A stretch of DNA of 33,319 nucleotides from a virus (taxonomy: Duplodnaviria; Caudoviricetes). The notes beneath the pieces are model-generated. The model did no database searches. It saw nothing but the letters and a program-made list of their open reading frames with translations, and was not told where the DNA came from. The stretch is from the IMG/VR virus record IMGVR_UViG_3300025889_000500, positions 1 through 33,319 of that record; one strand, given 5' to 3'. Shown in pieces: positions 19,486 to 28,333 of the stretch (position 1 is the first letter of the stretch; the number at the start of each line of letters is the position of its first letter). The translations under genes and the position numbers were made by a program.

Positions 19486-20953
19486 ATAATTCTTTCCATT
19501 CATCACCAGTTATTTGATCAGCAAGTTTCTTTTTATTATCTAAAGTTTTAAGTATCTTTTCATCTATACTTCCAGGTACTACAAAATCTATATATGTAAC
19601 TTTATCTTTCTGACCAATTCTATGTGCTCTATCTTCAGACTGTAATCTAACTTCCATATCGTATGTATTATTAAAATAGATAACTGTTTTAGCATTAGTT
19701 AAAGTTAGACCATAACCACCTGTTCTAGGTTGACCTACAAAGTATTTAATTTTACCAGCTTGAAATTTAGTAACTATTTCTTGTCTTGTTTCTGATTCAG
19801 TTTCGCCATAATAAGTTGCTACATTACTTGCACCATACTTTTTAGCTAGAGCATCATAGATCATTTCTATAGTTCTTCTAAACGTAGCCCATATAATTAC
19901 TCCACCAGTTGTCTCTTCCAGCACGTTCATTAATTCTTCTAGTCTAGGGTTAGTTCCCGGGATGACTTCTTCTCTTCCATCATCATATTTAATAAAACCA
20001 CATAATATCTGTTGTAATCTCAATATTCTTGTGATTATAAGAGGCGCTGTCACTAATTTAGACTGTTCTAGTTCTACTATAGCACGTTTTCTAAGAGTAT
20101 GATATAAACGCTTTTGGTTCACATTAAGCTCTATTTCTCGCTTTTGTCTTAGTTTAGGTGGTAAATCTAAGCATTCTTCTTTAGTTACTCTATAGCTATA
20201 TGGTTTTAAAGTATTTTGTAATTCATCTAATCTTTGATAACTAACAACTTCATCAAAACTATGTGTTGATGTACGTCTTCTACGAAGCACGCAATAAGCA
20301 TTTCTATATGCATAGAAACTAGATTGTAAAATATATTCATCTAGAAAATTAACTTGTGACCATAAGTCTAAAGGACCTTGGGTCACTGGTGTCCCTGTTA
20401 GTATTCTTCTATACTTAGCCATACGACCAAGTTTTAATACTGATTTTGTTCTTCTAGCAGTTCTATGTTTAATAGTTGTACTTTCATCTATACAAAAAAA
20501 AGATTTACTTGTATTTAATAATCGTTGTAAATAATTTTTACCTTTGTCTGTAGATAAAGCTTCTATATTAATAATAAAAAATTTTAACTTTTCTTTTTCA
20601 TTTAAAAAAGAAACAAGTTCATCTATATTTTTTTTAGTCTCAATAGGCGACCATATACACACTTTAGAAAGTTGAACAACATCTTCAGGCATGTGAGTAT
20701 TAAATTCAGAAGCAAGCCAGTTACGATATACACCTTTAGGGGCAGCAATAATAGCAGTATCAATAGACCCTTTCCTAAACAAGTAGGCAATGTTATCAAT
20801 AATAACTTTAGACTTACCAGTACCTTGTTCCATAAATAATGCATAAGCTTCTTTATCTTTACTTTCTAAAAAAGCATCGTATTGATGTTTAAATGGTTTA
20901 GTTTTAAATTTATACTTTATAAAATCATCATCATTAATAAATTGTACTTGCAT
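19478..20953 (-). CDS. SNF2-family (SF2) helicase/ATPase
   Basis: MEQGTGKS, IDEST, LTGTP, GGYGLTL, QSEDRAHRIGQ. Confidence 0.92.
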   Translation of the reverse strand: MQVQFINDDDFIKYKFKTKPFKHQYDAFLESKDKEAYALFMEQGTGKSKVIIDNIAYLFRKGSIDTAIIAAPKGVYRNWLASEFNTHMPEDVVQLSKVCIWSPIETKKNIDELVSFLNEKEKLKFFIINIEALSTDKGKNYLQRLLNTSKSFFCIDESTTIKHRTARRTKSVLKLGRMAKYRRILTGTPVTQGPLDLWSQVNFLDEYILQSSFYAYRNAYCVLRRRRTSTHSFDEVVSYQRLDELQNTLKPYSYRVTKEECLDLPPKLRQKREIELNVNQKRLYHTLRKRAIVELEQSKLVTAPLIITRILRLQQILCGFIKYDDGREEVIPGTNPRLEELMNVLEETTGGVIIWATFRRTIEMIYDALAKKYGASNVATYYGETESETRQEIVTKFQAGKIKYFVGQPRTGGYGLTLTNAKTVIYFNNTYDMEVRLQSEDRAHRIGQKDKVTYIDFVVPGSIDEKILKTLDNKKKLADQITGDEWKELFS

Positions 20954-20979
20954 ATAAAACTTTCTGTTTTCTTTTTTAT

Positions 20980-21012
20980 TTTACTTTTATAAAAGTTTTT
21001 TATATAAGTAAA
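20980..21012. promoter_or_regulatory. Overlapping divergent promoter pair with internal palindrome
   Basis: Plus strand TTTACT(20980-85)-17-TATAAG(21003-08); minus strand TTTACT(21012-07)-17-TAAAAG(20989-84); perfect palindrome ACTTTTATAAAAGT at 20983-20996. Confidence 0.55.
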
Positions 21013-21037
21013 TAGTAAATGAAGAAAGGAGAACTAA

Positions 21038-21370
21038 ATGGGTAAAGTTTATGTAGTACAAGAAAACCCTAACGTGAATGTACTAGCTGCTGGTCGCTTT
21101 GGTGATTTAATTCCATTGTTACCACCTGGACATCAAATAATGTTATCTCCGGCACCTATTATTAGAATGCTTAAATCTAAATTAAAAGATTTTTGTGATG
21201 ACGACTATCTTTTAGCAATGGGTGATCCTGCTGCTATAGCGATAGCATCAATAATAGCAGGTGACGTTAATAACGGCGTTGTAAATATATTAAAGTGGGA
21301 TAGAGAAAATAGAGCTTACTATAATGTATGTTGTGACGTTTTCAATAGAAAGGAGAAAGCAAATGTCTAA
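21038..21370 (+). CDS. Hypothetical phage protein
   Basis: 110 aa; SD AAGGAG; VYVVQE, DYLL..GDP, LKWDR motifs. Confidence 0.7.
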   Translation: MGKVYVVQENPNVNVLAAGRFGDLIPLLPPGHQIMLSPAPIIRMLKSKLKDFCDDDYLLAMGDPAAIAIASIIAGDVNNGVVNILKWDRENRAYYNVCCDVFNRKEKANV

Positions 21371-21947
21371 AGAAACTTGGATATTTGACGAGGTTGAAAA
21401 ACACTCGAAGAAAGAAAAATTACCAAATGTAGGACTAGAAGTAGTTACTAAAATTGGTAATAAACTTGTAGATAAAAATAAACAACTTGCGATAAAAGAA
21501 GAAGAATTAAAAAATCTTAAACTTGAAATTCGTAAGATACAAGAAGAAGAATTACCAGATGCTATGCGAGCATGCAATGGTATGACTAGATTTGATTTGG
21601 AAGATGGCACACAAATCAAAGTTAAAGATGAAATTTTCTGCTCTATTAAAGCTGATAGAAAATCTGACGCTTTAAAATGGTTAGAAAATGAGGGCCATGC
21701 GGAACTAATTAAACATGATGTTAAAGTTAGTTTCCCTAAGGGCAAATACGATCAAGCTGATAAGTTAATTGAGGTATTATCTAAAAATTTTAAAGATATA
21801 CCTTATGACGAAAAGTCTGACGTACACGCTCAAACGCTAAAAGCTTGGGCAAAAGACCAATATAAATTAGGTAAAACATTACCTGAAGATTTATTTAATG
21901 TCTATGAAGCAAGTATAGCAAAAATAAAACTCGGAAAGGAGAAATAA
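21363..21947 (+). CDS. Conserved phage replication-module protein (coiled-coil N-terminus)
   Basis: ATG at 21363 has SD AAGGAG and is preferred over 21324; A..WL...G...LIK and VH.QTLKAW motifs. Confidence 0.65.
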   Translation: MSKETWIFDEVEKHSKKEKLPNVGLEVVTKIGNKLVDKNKQLAIKEEELKNLKLEIRKIQEEELPDAMRACNGMTRFDLEDGTQIKVKDEIFCSIKADRKSDALKWLENEGHAELIKHDVKVSFPKGKYDQADKLIEVLSKNFKDIPYDEKSDVHAQTLKAWAKDQYKLGKTLPEDLFNVYEASIAKIKLGKEK

Positions 21948-21950
21948 ACT

Positions 21951-22730
21951 ATGAGTGATAAACAAGTAGTAAAGAAGTCAAACTCAGAGGTTGCTTTAGG
22001 CGATTTATCTGCAGATTTGATTATTAAATCTGCTGGTCAAGGTTTACAAAATGTCGGTAATGACGATATTACAATTCCTAGATTAGCGATTGTTCAATCA
22101 GGGTCACCTCAACGTAAGAAAAAAGATGAGAAATATATAGAAGGTGCAGACGAAGGTCATATCTTCAATACTGTTTCTAATGAACTATATACAGATGGAT
22201 TAACTATAATTCCATGTGGATATAAAAAATCTTATGTAGAATGGGTACCTAGAGAAAAAGGCGGTGGATTAGTTGCGGTGCACGATTTTAAACCAGATAG
22301 TGCTAAAATTGATCCTACTACTAAAAAAACAATGTTAGGCGAAAATCAATTAGTTGATACCGCTGAACATTTTGTTTTAGTTAAAAATAAAGATACATTT
22401 GAACCAGCTGTTCTTACAATGACTTCTAGTAATTTATCTGTTTCTAGAAAGTGGAATACACTTTTAAAATTGAAACGAATAAATGTTAAAGGTCAAACTG
22501 TAGAACCACCTTCATTTTTATATGAATTTAAATTATCTACTGTTCAAGCAGAGAATGACTTAGGTAGTTGGCATAAATATAAAATAGAAGAAGTAGGTCA
22601 AATTCAAAGTAAAGATATCTTTAAGCAAGCGCAAGCTTTTGCAGATTCAGTTTCTGATGGTAAAGTAAAAGCATCAGATCCTGTAGATACTGAAGTTGCG
22701 ACAGAAAATGGAGAAGACACACCATTCTAA
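21951..22730 (+). CDS. Putative single-stranded DNA-binding protein
   Basis: IPRL.I.Q..SPQ, YVEW.PR; acidic C-terminal tail ending EDTPF. Confidence 0.6.
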   Translation: MSDKQVVKKSNSEVALGDLSADLIIKSAGQGLQNVGNDDITIPRLAIVQSGSPQRKKKDEKYIEGADEGHIFNTVSNELYTDGLTIIPCGYKKSYVEWVPREKGGGLVAVHDFKPDSAKIDPTTKKTMLGENQLVDTAEHFVLVKNKDTFEPAVLTMTSSNLSVSRKWNTLLKLKRINVKGQTVEPPSFLYEFKLSTVQAENDLGSWHKYKIEEVGQIQSKDIFKQAQAFADSVSDGKVKASDPVDTEVATENGEDTPF

Positions 22731-22731
22731 T

Positions 22732-24234
22732 ATGCATAAAGAACTCTTTGATATATTTCCTGGTTTAAATAGAGCTTATGGCCAATTCTTTATAACAGAA
22801 AGAAAAGGCCCTAAGCTAGATGGCTATGGAAAAACTATTAGGGAGAACTATAATGAAAACTTATGGAAAGAACACCTAGACGGTAAAACTGGTCTAGGTG
22901 TTATTCCTATTAACGAAGACAGCAAATGTAAATGGGGTTGTCTTGACGTAGATGATTATTCAGTCAATATAGAAAAAATTTCAAAACAATTTATTAAAAA
23001 AAATTTAATAGTCTGTAGATCAAAATCAGGCGGAGCACATATATTTATTTTTACTAAAAAATTTGTATCAGCAAAATCAATGATAGAAAAATTAAAAGAA
23101 ATACAACAAGCTTTTGGTTTTGTTAAATATGATTTAAGACCTCAACAAACTAAATTATTAGATGAAAAAGATGTAGGAAGTTGGCTTAATATGCCATACT
23201 TTGGAGGTGATGAAACAGATAGATATGCAGTTTATGATGGTAAAGCTTTAACTTTAAAACATTTTATACAATGGGTAAATAAATTTGCAGTAAATAGTTT
23301 AGAAGAAATTGATTTAAGTTTTATAAAAAAAGTAAATAAATCAAATGAAATATTACCAGGAGGACCGCCTTGTTTACAAGATTTGTTATCTCAAGGTGCT
23401 ATAGGTGAAGGTGGTAGAAATAATGGATTATTTAATATTGGAGTTTATTTAAGAAAAAGATTTCCAGATGAATGGCAAGAAAAGTTAGAAGAATATAATG
23501 ATGAACATATTGATCCACCATTAAAACCTAGAGAATTTACATCAGTATTAAATAGTTTAGATAAAAAAACTTATAATTATAAATGTAAAGATAGTCCAAT
23601 TAATTCAGTATGTAATAAAACTAAATGTTTAACATGTGAATTTGGTATTAGCGATGATGGTACTATGCCTGTTTTAAATAGTATTACTAAAATATTAACT
23701 AAACCACCTCAATATTTTTTAACTATTAATGAAAGAAAAATAGGTCCATTAAATAGTAAACAAATTTATAATTTTTTAGATTTTAAAGAAGTAGTATTTG
23801 AACATTTAGATATGTTACTTCCTAAATTAAATGACAAATTATGGGTTGAATCAGTTAATGATTTAATGTCTAGAGTAATACCAGTTGAAGCTTCTGATGA
23901 TTCTAGTAATGAAGGTAGATTATTAGATTTATTAGAAAGATTTTGTACAGGGTCTACATCATCTACAGAATATGAAGATATACTTAGAGGTAAAGCAATT
24001 ATTCAAGATACACATACACAATTTAGAATAAATGATTTTATGGAATTTTTAGATAGACACAGATTTAAAGAATTTAAACTAAATCAAATAACAGCTTATT
24101 TAAAAGATTTAGGTGCTAATCACGAAGGAAAAAAAGTAAAAGGAAAATATATTAATACTTGGTCTATTAAAAATTTCGAAACTCAAAACGAAGAATTTAA
24201 ACAACCAGAAATAGAAAAGGAGGCTTATGAATAA
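22732..24234 (+). CDS. Archaeo-eukaryotic primase-type protein with PriCT-like domain
   Basis: HL.G..GLG, WGCLDVD (DxD), SKSGGAH, NMPY, PPCL, EGGRNN.LF; start uncertain (22696/22708/22732). Confidence 0.8.
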   Translation: MHKELFDIFPGLNRAYGQFFITERKGPKLDGYGKTIRENYNENLWKEHLDGKTGLGVIPINEDSKCKWGCLDVDDYSVNIEKISKQFIKKNLIVCRSKSGGAHIFIFTKKFVSAKSMIEKLKEIQQAFGFVKYDLRPQQTKLLDEKDVGSWLNMPYFGGDETDRYAVYDGKALTLKHFIQWVNKFAVNSLEEIDLSFIKKVNKSNEILPGGPPCLQDLLSQGAIGEGGRNNGLFNIGVYLRKRFPDEWQEKLEEYNDEHIDPPLKPREFTSVLNSLDKKTYNYKCKDSPINSVCNKTKCLTCEFGISDDGTMPVLNSITKILTKPPQYFLTINERKIGPLNSKQIYNFLDFKEVVFEHLDMLLPKLNDKLWVESVNDLMSRVIPVEASDDSSNEGRLLDLLERFCTGSTSSTEYEDILRGKAIIQDTHTQFRINDFMEFLDRHRFKEFKLNQITAYLKDLGANHEGKKVKGKYINTWSIKNFETQNEEFKQPEIEKEAYE

Positions 24235-24439
24235 AGAAAGAGCAATTAACATTTTATTAGAATATGCAATAGAAAGTGCTGAAAAAATTAAATTAAGACA
24301 AGAAGTTGGATTTACTGAAAAAGTAAGTGATGATCTAACTGCAGCAATTTTATTTTTACAACAAGATAGAGATAAAAATAAGGTAGATGCTAAAGTAGAA
24401 ATAAAAGGAGTTCAATTTAATATTAGAAAAGGAGTATAA
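24227..24439 (+). CDS. Hypothetical protein
   Basis: 70 aa; SD AAGGAGG; coupled to both neighbours. Confidence 0.65.
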   Translation: MNKERAINILLEYAIESAEKIKLRQEVGFTEKVSDDLTAAILFLQQDRDKNKVDAKVEIKGVQFNIRKGV

Positions 24440-25242
24440 TGTTATTATTTTTTGATACAGAAACTAATGGATTATGGAGGAGAGATTTAAATCCAGATCA
24501 TGAAGATCAACCTAGACTTGTTAGTTTAGCTTTTCAAATTACAGATGATAATGAAAAGATTGTTGCTCAATACTCAACTAGAATAGAACCTAAAAATAAT
24601 GAATATCCAGAATTTACTATTCCTAAAGAAGCTTCTGATGTTAATGGTATAACAACTAAAGAAGCACAAGATACAGGTATATCAGCTAAATATGCAATGT
24701 CAACTTTAAGTTATTTTATGAGTAAGTGTCATACTATGGTTGCTCACAATTTAGCATTTGATTTACAAATAATTGAGCGTGAATTTAATTTATTAAATTT
24801 TATGTATAAATTACCTAACAACTTACACTGTACAATGATGACTGCTAAAAATGAAATGAAATTAGAAAGTAAGTATGATGATTATAAATTTCCTAAACTA
24901 GAAGAATGTTTTAGTCATTTTTTTCATAGAGGAGTACAAAACTACCATGATGCGTTATTAGATGTACAATTATGTAGAGAGCTTTATTTTCATTTAAGAA
25001 GAAAAGGAGTATTACTACAAACTCATCAAGGTATTCCTAAAGAATTATTAAAAAGAATTGATGGTGAAAAATATAAAAACTTAGTTAAATTTTTACACGA
25101 TATAGATTCAACTAAATTAAATGATTGGGAAAATAATTTTTGTCAATCTTTAATAGAAAAAATGGATAAATTTGATGAACATATTTTAGTATCTACTAAA
25201 CAATATGATGTTCTTAAAAAAATCTATGCCAAGTGTAGTTAA
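24439..25242 (+). CDS. DEDDh 3'-5' exonuclease (DnaQ-like) with C-terminal extension
   Basis: FFDTETNG, AHNLAFD, CTM, HDALLDV. Confidence 0.88.
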   Translation: MLLFFDTETNGLWRRDLNPDHEDQPRLVSLAFQITDDNEKIVAQYSTRIEPKNNEYPEFTIPKEASDVNGITTKEAQDTGISAKYAMSTLSYFMSKCHTMVAHNLAFDLQIIEREFNLLNFMYKLPNNLHCTMMTAKNEMKLESKYDDYKFPKLEECFSHFFHRGVQNYHDALLDVQLCRELYFHLRRKGVLLQTHQGIPKELLKRIDGEKYKNLVKFLHDIDSTKLNDWENNFCQSLIEKMDKFDEHILVSTKQYDVLKKIYAKCS

Positions 25243-25417
25243 ATTTTGTTATAAATGTAAAAATATAGCACACGTTATATATGATAAAAAATACTATTGT
25301 GCAACATGCGGATTAAATGAGCAATTGTCAAACGATAAAAATATTCGGAAGCCCGGGTACAGGGAAAACAACAACGTTGTTAGATATACTAGAGAAAAAA
25401 ATATCAGAAGGATATAA
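25226..25417 (+). CDS. Small zinc-ribbon protein
   Basis: CYKC...CATC; bridges the exonuclease-UvrD gap but overlaps the helicase gene by about 100 nt. Confidence 0.5.
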   Translation: MPSVVKFCYKCKNIAHVIYDKKYYCATCGLNEQLSNDKNIRKPGYRENNNVVRYTREKNIRRI

Positions 25418-26831
25418 TCCTTTACGAATTGGATATTTTTCTTTTACACGTAGAGCAATAAGAGAAGCACGAAGACGTGTCATTAAAAAATTTGAAATAG
25501 ATGAAGACAATCTAGAATATTTTAGAACTATACATAGTCTATGTTATAGGACTTTAAATATAAATAGTGGTCAAGTATTTAAAGGTGAACGTGTAAAAGA
25601 ATTTAGTGAAATTGCTAGAGTAGAACTATCTGGAGTATCTGATGAAGATACTTCAGGATTAGCAATAGGAAGTAAAAAAGGTGATTTACTTTTATTTTGT
25701 GATGAAGTTACAAGATCAAGTGAAAGAAATTTAAAAGATGTATGGAGAGAATTAGAGTGTGATCACTCATTTGAAGAACAAGTTTATTTTTCTACTGCAC
25801 TAGCTAATTTTAAAAAAGAAAAAAAACTTTTAGACTTTACTGATATGTTAGATGTTTTTTTATTAGAAAAAAATATTCCACATTTAGATATTATATTTAT
25901 TGATGAAGCTCAAGATTTAACAACTAAACAATGGAAAGTAATTGATAAATTATCAGAACCCTGTAAGTTTAGATATATAGCAGGTGACGATGATCAAGCT
26001 ATCTATAAATGGGCAGGTGCTGATGTTAAAAAGTTTTTAGATATAGAGGGTAAAGTAGAAGTATTACCAATCAGTTATAGACTTCCTAAAACTATTCATA
26101 AATTAGCTTGCGATATATCTAATAAAATTAGTTTAAGACAAGCGAAAGAATGGGGATGTAGAGAGGACCTTGGATCAGTAAATGAAATTACCACAGTTGA
26201 AGATGTAGATATGTCAAAAGGTGAATGGTTAATTTTAGCTAGATCAGGTTATCAATTAAATAGAGCAGAAGCTTATTGTAAAAGAATGGGTTGGTTTTAT
26301 GAAAAAGGTTATCAAGAATTTAAAACTAATAAATATGTTATTGCAATAAGAGCTTGGATAAAATTAAATAAAAATGAAACAATAAATTTTGATGAATTAA
26401 AAAAATTATATCAATGTTTACAAAGTAAAACACATATTAAAAGAGGTTTTAAAAAATTAGAAGGTATAAATCAAGATATTGATTTTGATTTAAATTATTT
26501 AAAAGAAAATTGTGGATTACTTGCAGAAGGAGATTGGCAAAATGTAATACATGGATTAGACCCTGAAGATATTTTAATGTTTGAATCATTAGAAAAATCA
26601 GGAGATTTATTTAAAAATAAAGCAAGAATTAGATTATCAACAATACATGGAATTAAAGGAGGAGAAAGTGATAATGTAGTTGTTATATCGGATATTTCTT
26701 ACAGGACATGGAGAAAATTAAATGTAGAACCAGATGATGAACATAGAGTTTTTTATGTTGCTGTAACCAGAGCACGCAAAAATTTGTTTATACTGCAGCC
26801 TGAAACGAAGTATAGTTATGAAATTAAATAA
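25317..26831 (+). CDS. UvrD/Rep-family (SF1) helicase
   Basis: GSPGTGKT, TIHS, DEAQD, GDDDQAIY, SYR, STIHGIKGGE, YVAVTRA. Confidence 0.93.
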   Translation: MSNCQTIKIFGSPGTGKTTTLLDILEKKISEGYNPLRIGYFSFTRRAIREARRRVIKKFEIDEDNLEYFRTIHSLCYRTLNINSGQVFKGERVKEFSEIARVELSGVSDEDTSGLAIGSKKGDLLLFCDEVTRSSERNLKDVWRELECDHSFEEQVYFSTALANFKKEKKLLDFTDMLDVFLLEKNIPHLDIIFIDEAQDLTTKQWKVIDKLSEPCKFRYIAGDDDQAIYKWAGADVKKFLDIEGKVEVLPISYRLPKTIHKLACDISNKISLRQAKEWGCREDLGSVNEITTVEDVDMSKGEWLILARSGYQLNRAEAYCKRMGWFYEKGYQEFKTNKYVIAIRAWIKLNKNETINFDELKKLYQCLQSKTHIKRGFKKLEGINQDIDFDLNYLKENCGLLAEGDWQNVIHGLDPEDILMFESLEKSGDLFKNKARIRLSTIHGIKGGESDNVVVISDISYRTWRKLNVEPDDEHRVFYVAVTRARKNLFILQPETKYSYEIK

Positions 26832-26843
26832 AGAAAAAGAATT

Positions 26844-27902
26844 ATGAAAGCATTAGGAACATATATATTTGCAGGAGGTTTTACTTTAGGTGTAAGAAAA
26901 CATTTTGACGTACAAGCACATTTTGAAATGAAACCTGGATTATATAAAAAAACTTTTCAAGCTAATTTTCCAAATATTCCAGTTTATGAAGGTGAAGATG
27001 AATGGCCTAGAAAAAAATATAAAGGTAAAATAGATTTTGTATATTGTAATCCACCATGTGCACCTTGGTCTAATTTAGGAAGCACTCAAAAAGGCGCACA
27101 AGCTTGGCGTAACGACCCTCGTATAGCTTGTTGGAGAAATAGTTTTAATCTATTAAAAGAATTAGAACCTAAAGCAATTGCTATTGAATCAGTACCTAGA
27201 GTTTATTCAATTAATGGTGGAAGACCTATGATTACTGAATTAAGTAAAGAAGCTATTGATTTAGGATATCAAGTAACTCATTTATTAATAGATGGTGGAT
27301 TTACTGGTTTAAATCATAGTAGAAAAAGATTTTTCTTTATAGCAACTAAATATAATTTAAATCCTAATATATTAAACTTTCAGCCATTACCTACAGCTGG
27401 TGAGGTATTAAATCAATTTAAAGAAGAACACGGATCAGACGTAGGTCATTTAATGAAATTAGGTGAAAATGAAAAACCTTATCTTAAACATTGTAAACAA
27501 GGAGAAAGTTTAAGAGTAACTTGGGAAAGATATAATCCACCTGAAACTTGGGTTAGAGGAGGAATGCGTGGAGGAGTTAAAGGTAGACCTCAGTTTATGA
27601 AATGGAGATTAAAAAACGATGCTCATATACCAGTTATTGCAGGAGGATTTTATATTCACCCTACAGAAGATAGATTATTTGGTCATAAAGAATTAGCTTA
27701 TATGGCAGGGTATCCTGTAGATTATAAATGGGAAGGTCCAGCATCTACCATAGGATCACAAATTGCAAGAGGAGTTATGCCACCTGTAGCTGAATATGTA
27801 GCAAGAATAGTTAAAAATAGTATAAGAGATAAAAATAAAAAAGAAGAAGAATTACAAATTGTAGATTTTAGAAAAGAACCTGAACAAGCAAGTTTAATAT
27901 GA
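26844..27902 (+). CDS. Atypical DNA cytosine-C5 methyltransferase-family protein
   Basis: Motif IV NPPC..WS, VI IESV, VIII HSRKR, IX HP.EDR...E...GYP; motifs I (YIFAGG) and X (QIARGV) are divergent. Confidence 0.82.
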   Translation: MKALGTYIFAGGFTLGVRKHFDVQAHFEMKPGLYKKTFQANFPNIPVYEGEDEWPRKKYKGKIDFVYCNPPCAPWSNLGSTQKGAQAWRNDPRIACWRNSFNLLKELEPKAIAIESVPRVYSINGGRPMITELSKEAIDLGYQVTHLLIDGGFTGLNHSRKRFFFIATKYNLNPNILNFQPLPTAGEVLNQFKEEHGSDVGHLMKLGENEKPYLKHCKQGESLRVTWERYNPPETWVRGGMRGGVKGRPQFMKWRLKNDAHIPVIAGGFYIHPTEDRLFGHKELAYMAGYPVDYKWEGPASTIGSQIARGVMPPVAEYVARIVKNSIRDKNKKEEELQIVDFRKEPEQASLI

Positions 27903-28333
27903 CGTATTCAGGAATATTTGATGATATGGATAAAGATACTTTGATAAAAGATATTGATGCTTTTCATAAAAAATTTGGGTTTGAAAAGAACGAAAAAGTT
28001 GGTATACCTGATAATAACGAATTAGTAAATTTTAGAACTTCTTTTTTAATGGAAGAATTAGCAGAGTACACTCAAGCAATTACTAAAAAAGATGCTGCAG
28101 GTGCTTTAGATGCTCTTGTTGATATAGTTTATATAGCTTTAGGTACAGCTTGGTTATTTAATCTTCCATTTGAAAAAGCGTGGAATGAAGTACAAAAAGC
28201 AAATATGAGTAAAATAAGAGCTAAAAGTAAATCTAAAAAAAGAGGTACAGCTTTTGATGTTATTAAACCAAAAAATTGGAAAGCTCCTGATATTGAACAA
28301 ATAATTTATGAAGAAAGAGAAAAAGAAAAATGA
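27899..28333 (+). CDS. MazG-like / all-alpha NTP pyrophosphohydrolase
   Basis: FH.KFG, EELAE, DALVD..Y, V..ANMSK, KP.NW..P. Confidence 0.85.
   Translation: MTYSGIFDDMDKDTLIKDIDAFHKKFGFEKNEKVGIPDNNELVNFRTSFLMEELAEYTQAITKKDAAGALDALVDIVYIALGTAWLFNLPFEKAWNEVQKANMSKIRAKSKSKKRGTAFDVIKPKNWKAPDIEQIIYEEREKEK

Noticed and set aside
18987-25510. ORFs 18987-19286, 20623-20844, 21290-21745, 25328-25510 (minus strand)
   Set aside because: Shadows of the holin, SNF2, replication protein and UvrD genes
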